Shown here: positions 49,320-61,624 of the stretch, one piece after another | How the letters are laid out: the number at the start of each line of letters is the position of its first letter | How positions within the stretch are numbered: the stretch's first letter is position 1 | Assembly: GCA_051362555.1 (NCBI GenBank) | Contig: CM120645.1 | Location: 16,244,001 to 16,308,000 of the forward strand | Length of the DNA: 64,000 nucleotides | Reading direction: 5' to 3' | Source: Lingula anatina | Lineage: Eukaryota; Animalia; Brachiopoda | Position numbers and translations under genes: made by a program | Notes under the pieces: model-generated | The model's input: the letters and a program-made list of their open reading frames with translations, nothing else | Told to the model about the DNA's origin: nothing | Databases searched by the model: none

Positions 49320-51065
49320 TCCTACGCAATTTAGAGTTTGCAGACAGCCCGTTAGCACGTACAGAGGATGCTGGACATGTACAAAAGATTCTACGAATAG
49401 CCTGCGAACAACGAGGCCGCAAGCGTAACTTGCTCCCCTCGCACGGAGTTAGCAAGAGAGACGCGCGTTGTGCAAGACGCACGTCGCAAGCAATAAAGGA
49501 GCAAGTGCCCTTTGCTTGTTGAGTAAGGCGCACGCCCACACAACTAACGAATAAAGTCGAGAGCACACGGGAATGCATCGCACGTGCGTTACCCCCACGC
49601 CTGGTGTATGAAAGGCGTGCTCACGAAGCACGTTCGTGTCTTTACAATGAACGTCGACTGTCTTACTTGTAAAACAATTATCAAAATTTTCCAATTTTGG
49701 CTCAGTTATGTTTCTAATATGCCTCCAAAAGTCAAGAGAAAGAAGCTTAAAGCCTCGGTCCCAACCGGACGCACGATTTTCAGGATCGTACGTCCCCTTC
49801 GATTTTTGGGTGTTGCGGAAGTCGTGGAGGTGGTGGAGGTAGAGGCCAGTCTGCCTTGCGAGTCGCAAGGGCCACTTGAGATGTCCTTTCAAGCAGGGAC
49901 GCTAATTGCAAGGAACGATGGCCGTGGAAATTGTACTCATTTCTTGAGTTTGTCTTGCTTCTTGTGTACATGGCACACTCACCGCTTAAGAAGGGAATTC
50001 AACGCACGGCGAAAGTAGTGCCCTTTTGCGTCAGTTTTGCTTCACACCTGCATCACACGTTTGTGGTGACGTACTGACGGCGTACGTCAGTTTTGATTCC
50101 TGTTCTCCTCTTCTTTCTTCTTCCTCCTACCTTTTTTCTACTATGTAAGCTTCTTTCTCTTGCCTTTTGGAGGTATATTAGACACTAATTTGAGCAAATA
50201 TATGAACATTTAGAAAATTGTTGTACACGTTATACGTTCGACGTTCATTGTAAAGACACGAGCGCGCATCGTGAACACGCCTTTTATACATCAGGCGTGG
50301 AGGTGACGAACGTGCGACGCATTCCCTGTGTGTTCTCGACTTTGTTCGTTAGTTGTGAGGGAGTGCGCCTTACTCAACACGCAAAGGGTACTTGTTCCTT
50401 CATTGCTTGCGACGTGCGTCTCGCGCAACGCGCGTGTCTTTTGCTAACTCCGTGCGAGGGGAGCAAGTTACGCTTGCGGTCTCGCTGTTCGCAGGCTATT
50501 CGTAGAATCTTTTGGACATGTCCAACATCCCCCGTACGTGCTTACGGGCTGTCTGCGAACTCGAAATTGCGTAAGAAGCACTTGCGTGGGACGTGAGATT
50601 CTGCGCAAAATTTGGACGCAAACAGCCGGTAAGAGCCCGTACAGCCGGTTGTGACAGAGGCCTAAACAGTAGAAAAAGGGGAGGAGTAAGAAGAAAGAAG
50701 AGGAGAACAGGAAGCAAAACTGACGTACGCCGTCAGTACGTCACCACAAACGTGTGAGGCAAGTGTGAAGCAAAACTGACGCAAAAAGGCACTACATTGG
50801 CCCTGCGTTGCATTCCTTTCGTAAGTGGTGAGTGTGTGCGACGTACACAGGAAGCAAGACAAACTCAAGAAATGAGAAAAATTTCCACGGCCATCGCTCT
50901 TTGCAATTAGCGTCCCTGCTTGAAAGGACATCTCATGTGGTCCTTGCGACTCGCAAGGCAGACTTTCCTCTACCTCTACGACCTCCACGGCCTCCGCAAC
51001 ACCCAAAAATTGCCGGGGACGTACGATCCTGAAATTCGTGCGTCTGGTTGTGACCGAGGCTTTAA
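49320..51065. repeat. CpG/ACGT-rich interlocked inverted repeats (A, B, A-inverted, B-inverted); duplicated at ~58775-60520
   Basis: A 49320-49748 pairs with 50148-50575, and B 49749-50143 pairs with 50660-51063. B is bracketed by AAGCTT. Confidence 0.8.
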
Positions 51066-51541
51066 ACCTGGGTCCCAACCCAACGTACGGGCTTCTACGT
51101 CTGGTCTGCGACCAAAGAAATTGGGGGAAAACGTGGGATTTCCTGCGTGAGGAACACGTCCATCGTGAAAGTTTTGGAGTTCGCAGACAGCACGTAGAAA
51201 ATTTTCGACGTGATCAATAGCCGCTGCGTGCGGTCTACGAATTCTCAAAAAATGGAAGAAAGTACGACATGCGAATGTGTAGGACGTCATGTAAAAACTT
51301 ATACAAAAACCTTATTGAAACGAATATTGGCACAATATAAAGTAGGATTATATGGGTACGTTTAGGTGGCCTTGGTTTGAAAATTGGTAACGTTTCTACT
51401 CCCTTTCTATATTAATTCTTTACGCACCAAGTCAGCGTTTTGTTGCGCAACCTGCTAATAATAAGCAACGTATAGGCCCTATGCCCAGTATCATTTATAT
51501 CATTTGACTTTTTATTTGAACTTAGAAGACTGTTTAATTTT

Positions 51542-51572
<31 letters not shown>

Positions 51573-54500
51573 TTATTATTATTTTTTTTTTTTTTTTTTT
51601 GTCAGATTGTGTTATCCACGTGCAAATAGGTTCGCTGGTTATTTCGTATTTCAGTCAATATTACAAAATAAGGCATAAAACTTACCTTTGCTGATTTACA
51701 TGACTTTTTATGTGAGCTTAAAAGCCTGCTCGGAATTTTCCATTTTTTGTCAGACTGCGTTATCCACGTGCTAATAGGGTCACTATATATTTCATTTTTC
51801 AGTCAATAGAATTACGCATAATACTTAGCTTTTTTGGACGAAATATTGCCTACAACGAAGGATAAATGAACTCAACGATCTTCCAAGAATGTTACACTTC
51901 AATTAAATCGACACCCAGATAAGCCGCCATCATTTGTATAACAATAACCTTTTTTTGCAACATCCAGGTGTGCAACAGCATGTAAATACAAGTTTATTTT
52001 TCCAAGCGTATGAAACGGTGTTAGAATGCTTTGAAATCAATTGCATCAAAAAGTCCACTCTATGGGATTTTCTGTCAAAATAATGTGGTATTATAAAGAC
52101 TAGCACAAAAGTCTGCTATAACGCTCGTGATACAGTATATAATGACTGTTCCACCAGCGTAGGCATCAAAATCGCCTGGGTTAACGCCTGAATAACTTAA
52201 GACGCTCTTTATTGTGTTTAGATCCATTCACCCATCAGGTTACAGATTATTCTGTTATCCAAATGAATGCACGTGAAGCAAGGAGTTTTTGGTAAAAGCT
52301 AACAAAACCCTTCACTGGTAGTGCGTGTTATTGTCACATGATCGTTTCTTCATTTCAATGCAAAAAATACTATAACATCTGGTATATCTTTTTCTTTTAA
52401 AATATATTATTTATTTTTCATTTTACATTTTGTATAGAGTATTCCATGAAAAAGTTAGTTAACAAGGTAGCTGACACTCAGGGTACAAATAGGAGGGTTA
52501 AGACATGAATTACTTAAGGCGTTCTTATTGCGTTTAGAGCAGTTTAGTTGACAGTTTAGTTTGCGTTTAGGTGACAGCCTATCACTGAATACTGAAGATG
52601 TTATCCAAATGAATGCACGTGAAGCAGTAAACAAGGAGTTTTTGGTAAAGGCTAACAAAAGTCTTCATTGGAAGTGCGTGTTATTGTCACATCGTTTGTT
52701 CATTTCACTGCAACACCTCGGCGGAGAAATATTGTCTCTTACTTTTGGACCTATCGTCCCCATTGAACACAGTGCATCTTCAGGTACCTACATGTATACT
52801 GCTATCATGTCTTGAATATAGTACGGGGTTAAAGATAAGGTGGTTAACCTAAATTATTTTTTATCAAATGGGTTAATACATGTATCATACTAAGTTCCTT
52901 TATTTGAAATACTTAGATCACGACAGAATTTCCCATTTTTAATCCTTGCGTTGCATTACAACAGCCCAGACGGTCACTCCCACCATCAGTTTATTGGCAA
53001 ACAAGCAGAAATGAGCACTTACCATCTATATTATCGTAAAAATTGGCTAAGGATCTGTACAGTCTACTTTTGCAAGAAATTAAGTGTACCCATTTATAGA
53101 TCCCGTCATTTATACGCAATATGATTTACATGGCGTGACTTTTCATTTGAACCGAAAAGCCTGCTCAAGATTGCTATTGTTTTGTCAATCCACTTTATCT
53201 AAGTGAAATTATGGTCACTTGGTAATTCGTATTTCAGTAAATATAACAGAATTATGCATAAAACTTACCTTTTCTGGACAAAAGTGGGTTAAAACGAAGG
53301 ATAAATGTACTCCATCATGTAATTCTTTTTAGTGAAGAGACTGCACATGTCTTCCAAGAATACGCGACTTCCATTAAATCGACCCCCAGATCAGCTGCCA
53401 TCATTTGTATAACAATGACTTAGCTATAGGTCAAAGTAGCTTTTGCAACGGCATATCCAGGGTTCTTTAAAAATGAAAATATATATCTCTTTTGTTTACT
53501 GTGGGCGTTGTCGAGAAAGAGGGATCTCCGGAGGAGACAACATTGCCAAGGTTAGCTGCCGTATCGACGATCCTTGCCTTAGCGTCAAAAAAACAGGATC
53601 CGTTCAGCTTTTGTTTTATTTACCAATAGGGTCACTATATATTTCATTTTTCAGTCAATAGAATAGGCATAAAACCTTTTGGACAAAATATTGCTTACAG
53701 CGAAGGATAAATGAACACCACGATGTAATTCTTTTCGGCGAATGTGGCACTTCGAATCGACCCCCAGATACATGGGCGTAACTAGGCATACGCACGGATG
53801 CACTGTGCGTACAATTTTTTGGCCAACCATGATATTATTTTATATAAATTTAGTGTATTTTTCACGGAATATAAAAGAAAATCCTCTGCTTATTAAAGCC
53901 ACCTGTATGTACAAATCCTCTGTAACAATTGTAAAGTCACAATTGTTCTGCCCCCCACCCCCCCCCCCCCCCCCCACCCCGTCTTACATACTTTTATTGA
54001 ACTGAGGTAAACAATGCCTGTAACCTTAACAGGTCATATCTTAATCGTCCATCTAACTGGAACTTCCTTTACCTCTTAATTGGAGGGTTCAGTGGCCCTA
54101 AACTCTCTTGTAGCCTCTTTCTTGAGAATATTGAACGCATTCTCGCTGGCGATATTTATCTCAGGTAAAAATCTGCCTGAGTCTTATTTTCAAAGAGCAG
54201 CTCCCGCAATCCTGGGGGCACTAGATAAAATCTGGACACCAGGTTTAATAAGAAGCTAGAGAAACAAAGGAAGAATTTTTCCTGCAAAGCTTCAAATAAT
54301 TTTGACACGGACTTGACCAAGCTTACCCCTCCAAACTAACAGGGTGACATGGGCAATTTTTACAAACAAATAATTAAACTTAGATGTATCAGAGCTCTGT
54401 CGTGTCGTACAATTGGTTGTTTTTGGGAGCCATGCATCCACATGTAAGGTGAATGAAACCGTATGTTAGTTCAACTCAGAGGTGGATCCAGGATTATTTG

Positions 54501-54756
54501 AAGGGGGTTCCACATATGCGAAACTAGCCTTATTTTAAATAAATATAACGTTCTGGTTAATAAGAATATTGAAACTTTTTTAATTGCGAGAAAATTTCTG
54601 ACTAAATGATGATTTAATTATTAATGGACATAAAGCTGCGATGTGTGGCACATAGGCTGTGATTACGCTGTCCTTCATCTGTTGCGTTAGTCTACATTTT
54701 GCTGGGAATTTTAAAAATCTGTGCGTACAATTTTTAAAGGTCTGGTTACGCCCTTG

Positions 54757-55051
54757 GAGTAGTTCCGAGTGCATAACCGTACACAAAGAAAGCATGGAGT
54801 ATATCGGAATTGAAACCAGAGCAGTATGATGCCCAGCATCATTATCTACTGAGGGATGATGTATTTTGCGTGCTGCCCACAGGTTACGGCAAGTCCCTGA
54901 TATTCAGCCTTATCTTTGATTGGTCCGGATTTGAACAAAGCGCGCTTTGACTCGTTTGCGTTCATTGGCTAGATCGTTCAATGAGTCATTGAGTGCGGGC
55001 TTTAAATTTGATTGGCGGGCGGCGGGGGCACTCGAATCTGGTCAGAGGTTA
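54757..55051 (+). pseudogene. RecQ-like SF2 helicase N-terminal fragment, probably an Academ-type transposon relic
   Basis: ISELKPEQYDAQHHYLLRDDVFCVLPTGYGKSLIF (Q-motif plus Walker A) at ~54800-54906. A possible element terminus ctcgaatctggtcagaggtta ends at 55051. Confidence 0.55.
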
Positions 55052-55559
55052 CTTGACACGATGGAGCTAGGCTACAGTGAAAAGGTTAGTGTCAAGTTAG
55101 CTCTGAAGCTCAGGGTGACTCTATGGGATTCCCTGTCAAAATAATGTGGTATTATAAAAACTAGCACAAAAGTCTGCATTAACGCTCGTGATACAGTATA
55201 TAATGACTGTTCTACCAGCGTAGACATCAAAATCGCCTGGATTAACGCCTGAATAACTTAAGACGCTCTTTATTGTGTTTAGATCCATTCACCCATCAAG
55301 GTGACAAATTATTCTGTTATCCAAATGAATGCACGTGAAGCAAGGAGTTTTTGGTAAAAGCTAACAAAATCCTTCATTGGTAGTGTGTGTCATTGTCACA
55401 AGATCGTTTGTTCATTTCAATGCAAAAACTACTATAACATCTAGTATATCTTTTTCTTTTAAAATATATTATTTGTTTTTCATTTTACATCTTGTATAGA
55501 GTATTTCATGAAAAAGTTAGAATAGTTAACAAGGTAGCTGACACAAATAGGAGGGTTAA

Positions 55560-56684
55560 TACCCCCGTCACACTAGAGGCGGAATGAGCAAGAATGCCGT
55601 CGGAAAGAAAATTCTTTGTGCGCTCCTGGATATTCGAAGAGCATTCTAAAGTTCCGAGTGCATTCTAAATATTTTTACCCATTCTTGTGGCATCCCGAAT
55701 GTTTTTGTCATGTCAAAAACTTTCGAATTGCATTCCAAGTGGAAATTTATCGAATGGCATTTGAACAGTATTCTAACTGCACTATGACTGAATTCTCAAT
55801 ATTCTCACGGCATTCCGCCAGCATTCGAAACATTCTGATCACATTAGAGGAATATTCGAACTGACAAGTGACTTAAAACACCGTCAAACTTATTCGAAAT
55901 CAGTAGGAATCAAGCCGGAATTACTAAATTTAAAATTCGTACCATATTCGGGAGGGAATTTCAATTTATCATAATATATTACAGCTTTGTAAGAATGCCT
56001 CTGGAAAACTAAGAATGCACATCGAACCCGCCTGGAATGATTCTTGCACATTCCAGGTATATTACCTCTCAAATGCAGCTCGAATGTAGTTGGAATACTG
56101 TAGGGATATTGCGATAAATTTCTTCTTGGCATGCACTTCGAAAGTTTTTGACATGACAAAAACATTCGAGCCGGCCACAAGAATGGGTAAAAATATTTGG
56201 AATGCACTCGAAAATTTCATAATGTTTTAGAATGCTCTTCGAATATCCTGGAATGCACAAATAATTGTATTTCAGACGCCATTCTTAATCATTCCACCTC
56301 CAGTGTGACGGGGATTTTATATCCCGCCAGAATGTTTCGAATGTGCCTCGGATGAGCTGAAATATTTATGTTGCCAGCAATCGAACTACACTAGTGCGCC
56401 GTTCAAAGTATATTCTAAATATTATTACTGCCTTCTTACATTATCATAAATATTCCTAGTTTTCCAACTACATTCGAACTGCTTTTGAGAGCTAATTAAT
56501 ACAGTCGAAAGTGCACTCATCATTCCAGGCGAATTCAAGCGCATTCTGAGTATTCCAACGGTACTCTTACAATAATTAAGGTCAATTTGAATTTTTCCCC
56601 GAATGTGGTGCGAATTTTAAAAATTCTTCGTTCAGGCTCATTCTTCTTCATTCCTGCTGATTCCGAATAAGTGTGACGGGGGTA
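55560..56684. mobile_element. Composite GAAT-rich MITE (rearranged halves)
   Basis: TAA-tacccccgtcacac ... gtgtgacgggggta-TAA, with internal terminus-like motifs at ~55881 and ~56303. Confidence 0.7.
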
Positions 56685-59600
56685 TAACGCCTGAATTACT
56701 TTAGACGCTCTTATTGTGTTTAGAGCCATTGACCCATCAAGGTGACAGCCCAGTCGGTTTCTTTGTCACCTTGGTTATCACTATGGCAATGCAGTCGAGG
56801 TCAAGAGATTAGGTGAGGTGCGTTGCACATTGAAAAGAGGGGTTACATGGTGTCATATCATATAACCGAGACCAACCACGCATGTATATTTGTTTTTGTT
56901 GGTTCTAGTATGTATGTAGCTGACTTAAATCACAGATAGGTGTACAGATACCTGTAGGTCTATTCTAGATCTGTTAAGGGTGAAAATATACTCATTCTCC
57001 CCGGTGGTTTTCATATTGTGCGTTTTGTTGAGACACTCCCTTTACAAAAGCGAAAAAAGCGACTGGGCGTAAAATATGATTTATTTTCGAGAATAAGTTG
57101 TTAAATTTGGATAATTTTTGAAGATTTTTGAAGGTCTTTTCACGATAACAAAAGACTGAAAGCTTCACTAGTTCCGATTTCGGATTAATCATGTAAAATC
57201 CTTACCACAAATTCTCTGCTTTTCAAATATCAAATGGTCGACAACAGTATGTTTCCCTTTGCAGAGGAGCTGAAGAAACAACAGAACATTCATTCTGGTA
57301 TTGTGCGGTTACCCAAAAATTACTGGCCAATTTGGTAGAATATATATTATCCAATGCTCAAGTTACTCTACCTGTCTCAAGAAAGAATTGCTTAAGCCTC
57401 GGTCACAATCGGTGTGGCAGGAGTGCACGTCCTAGTAATGCAAGTCCGCCCGGACCTGGAAATGCAAGTCCTAGGGCATGCATTGCTAGGATTCAATGTC
57501 CGTAGGACAAAGGCTCCCAAGTAATGTAAGCCCTACGTGTAGTAATGCACGTCCTAATGGGACGTGCGTTCCTGACATTTTAGTAACGCATGTCCTATAC
57601 AGTTTACACCGAGAAATGACATGAATAAAAAGATATAGAGACATACTAGTTATAGAGATAAAATAAGCGTTTGCTTTATTCCATGTATATGACATTTTAT
57701 CTTTATATTTTACAATGTTTTTATTTTCCGATAGGTAGTTTATATGCATATTAATGAAGTAACAAAAACAATTTATTTACTTTATGTGTATTTTTCATCT
57801 ACTAAACGCAAATTTTTATGTATTAACACATATTTTTTGGCATTCTCCTCCATCAGTACACAATATGTATGATCCTAGTTTGCCCGATTTTTTTTTAAAC
57901 AAAATAAGGCACCATCCAAAGGCATCCCTTATTTTCCTCCTTTGAGGTATATGTACAGTGTTTTTTATTTCATGTCCTTTTCTACTGGGGTGTACCTTTT
58001 GTGTTTTGCGTCGAAATTCTTATTTGGTCTCTCTCTCTCTTTTTCAAAACCTTATTCCTAAGAGAAAAATCACTTTTCCCAAAACGCGGCATCTCCGTTC
58101 TTAGATTTATTTTTCGGTTTACACTCGCAGAAATTGAAAAATAACCTCAAACTCTAGGGAAATTTGCTCTTGGAAAGTATGGGCTGAGATTTAAGACAAA
58201 TCAAGACAGTTTAGAAATTGAAAATTGCAATATATGTATATATAATGTTCTGTAATAAACCTTTGCTATTTTGGTGCTTTGACACTTAAAAAACAAAACA
58301 AAAAATAGTTGTAAATGTAATAAGCACGGAATTTCGAACACATTAGACATTAAAAACACCACTAAATATTTTACTACAAGTAATAAATGGGGGGAGAGGG
58401 GAGGGGGGTAAAGGTCATGTCAAAGGTAGGTCTCGAACCCATAGATGTAACAGAACAGTTCATGAACGGACTAGCACGATAACCACTACACAGACGAGCT
58501 GAAATTGCAAACCTCTCATTTTTTGTCTGATATATGGCTCACCAGAAGGATTTCATATACATTTATAGTTGTATCATTTAACCGTATTATTGCCTAAGGA
58601 TAGGACTTTCAAATGGCCGGACTTGTATTACTTTCATAGGTGGAACAGGAATAAAAATCCGACAGTAATACAAGCCCTACCTACTCTAAGTATGAGCCAG
58701 GAACCTAAGTCCCTGTAGGAGTACTATTCCCAAGTAATGTTAGTCCTACGGACAATCATTACCAGGAACCGAGGTCCTACGCAATTTAGAGTTTGCAGAC
58801 AGCCCGTTAGCACGTACAGAGGATGCTGGACATGTACAAAAGATTCTACGAATAGCCTGCGAACAACGAGGCCGCAAGCGTAACTTGCTCCCCTCGCACG
58901 GAGTTAGCAAGAGAGACGCGCGTTGTGCAAGACGCACGTCGCAAGCAATAAAGGAGCAAGTGCCCTTTGCTTGTTGAGTAAGGCGCACGCCCACACAACT
59001 AACGAATAAAGTCGAGAGCACACGGGAATGCATCGCACGTGCGTCACCCCCACGCCTGGTGTATGAAAGGCGTGCTCACGACGCACGTTCGTGTCTTTAC
59101 AATGAACGTCGACTGCCTTACTTGTAAAACAATTATCAAAATTTTTCCAATTTTGGCTCAGTTATGTTTCTAATATGCCTCCAAAAGGCAAGAGAAAGAA
59201 GCTTAAAGCCTCGGTAACAACCGGACGCACGAATTTCAGGATCGTACGTCCCCTGCGATTTTTGGGTGTTGCGGAAGTCGTGGAGGTCGTAGAGGTAGAG
59301 GCCAGTCCGCCTTGCGAGTCGCAAGGGCCAAATGAGATGTCCTTTCAAGCAGGGACGCTATTTCCAAGGAACGATGGCCGTGGAAATTGTACTCATTTCT
59401 TGAGTTTGTCTTGCTTCCTGTGTACATGGCACACTCACCGCTTAAGAAGGGAATGCAACGCACGGCGAAAGTAGTGCCCTTTTGCGTCAGTTTTGATTCA
59501 CACCTGCATCACACGTTTGTGGTGACGTATTGACAGCGTACGTCAGTTTTGATTCCTGTTCTCCTCTTCTTTCTTCTTCCTCCTACCTTTCTTCTACTAT

Positions 59601-61624
59601 GTAAGCTTCTTTCTCTTGCCTTTTGGAGGTATATTAGACACTAAATTGAGCAAAAATATGAACATTTAGAAAATTGTTGTACACGTTATACGTTCGACGT
59701 TCATTGTAAAGACTCGAGCGCGCATCGTGAACACGCCTTTTATACATCAGGCGTGGAGGTGACGAACGTGCGACGCATTCCCTGTGTGTTCTCGACTTTG
59801 TTCGTTAGTTGTGAGGGCGTGCGCCTTACTCAACACGCAAAGGGTACTTGTTCCTTCATTGCTTGCGACGTGTGTCTCGCGCAACGCGCGTGTCTTTTGC
59901 TAACTCCGTGCGAGTGGAGCAAGTTACGCTTGCGGTCTCGCTGTTCGCAGGCTATTCGTAGAAGCTTTTGGACATGTCCAACATCCCCCGTACGTGCTTA
60001 CGGACTGTCTGCGAACTCGAAATTGCGTAAGAAGCACTTGCGTAGGACGTGAGATTCTGCGCAAAATTTGGACGCAAACAGCCCGTAAGAGCCCGTACGG
60101 CCGGTTGTGACCGAGGCCTAAACAGTAGAAAAAGGGGAGGAGTAAGAAGAAAGAACAGGAGAACAGGAAGCAAAACTGACGTACGCCGTCAGTACGTCAC
60201 CACAAACGTGTGAGGCAAGTGTGAAGCAAAACTGACGCAAAAAGGCACTACTTTCGCCCTGCGTTGCATTCCTTTCGTAAGTGGTGTGTGTGTGCGACGT
60301 ACACAGGAAGCAAGACAAACTCAAGAAATGAGAAAAATTTCCACGGCCATCGCTCTTCGCAATTAGCGTCCCTGCTTGAAAGGACATCTCATGTGGTCTT
60401 TGCGACTCGCAAGGCAGACTTTCCTCTACCTCTACGACCTCCACGGCCTCTGCAACACCCAAAAATTGCCGGGGACGTACGATCCTGAAATTCGTGCGTC
60501 TGATTGTGACCGAGGCTTTAAACTTGGGTCCCAACCCAACGTACGGGCTTCTACGTCTGGTCTGCGACCAAAGAAATTGGGGAAAACGTGGGATTTCCTG
60601 CGTGAGGAACACGTCCATCGTGCAAGTTTTGGAGTTCACAGACAGCACGTAGAAATTTTTCGACATGATCAATAGCCGCTGCGTGCGGTCTACGAATTCT
60701 CAAAAAATGGAAGAAAGTACGACATGCGAACGTGTCGGACGTCATGTAAAAACTTATACAAAAACCTTATTGAAACGAATATTGGCACAATATTAACTAG
60801 GATTATATGGGTACATTTAGGTGGCCTTGGTTTGAAAATTGGTAACGTTTCTACTCCCTTTCTATATTAATTCTTTACGCACCAAGTCAGCGTTTTGTTG
60901 CGCAACCTGCTAATAATGAGCAACGTATATATATGGCCAGTATCATTTATATGATTTGACTTTTTATTTGAACTTAGAAGACTGTTTATTTTTTTTTTTT
61001 CTTTTTGTCAGATTGTGTTATCCACGTGCAAATAGGTTCGCTGGTTATTTCGTATTTCAGTCAATATTACAAAATAAGGCATAAATCTTACCTTTGCTGA
61101 TTTACATGATTTTTTATGTGAGCTTAAAAGCCTGCTCGGAATTTTCCATTTTTTGTCAGACTGCGTTATCCACGTGCTAATAGGGTCACTATATATTTCA
61201 TTTTTCAAAATATTGCCTACAACGAAGGATAAATGAACTCAACGATCTTCCAAGAATGTTACACTTCAATTAAATCGACCCCCAGATAAGCCGCCATCAT
61301 TTGTATAACAATAGCCTTTTTTTTTTCAACATCCAGGTGTGCAACAGCATATAAATACAAGTTTATTTTCCAAGCGTATGAAACCGTGTTAGAATGCTTT
61401 GAAATCAATTGCATTAAAAAGTTCACTCTATGGGATTCTCTGTCAAAACTAGAGGATCAGAGAGGCGATACCGCCTCCAAATATTGTACCACCAGCTGGA
61501 GCAAGCGCATTCATATAGACCCCCACACACACAAAATAAGGGACACAGCCACCAGTCTTTTGCTTGACAAGCTGTAAAAATGCAATCAACAAGAATTTTC
61601 AAAATATGCAAAAAAATATATCAA

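Larger units (their letters stand above)
46531..61448. repeat. Direct segmental duplication of ~5.5 kb (46531-52080 vs 55635-61448)
   Basis: Collinear, highly similar sequence, e.g. identical 95-aa ORFs at 49291-49578 and 58746-59033. Copy 2 has an extra ~390 bp at ~55898-56287. Confidence 0.92.

Noticed and set aside
47920-49325. Short agtaatgcaagtcct-type repeat clusters suggesting MULE subterminal repeats
   Set aside because: No paired TIRs or TSD could be identified.
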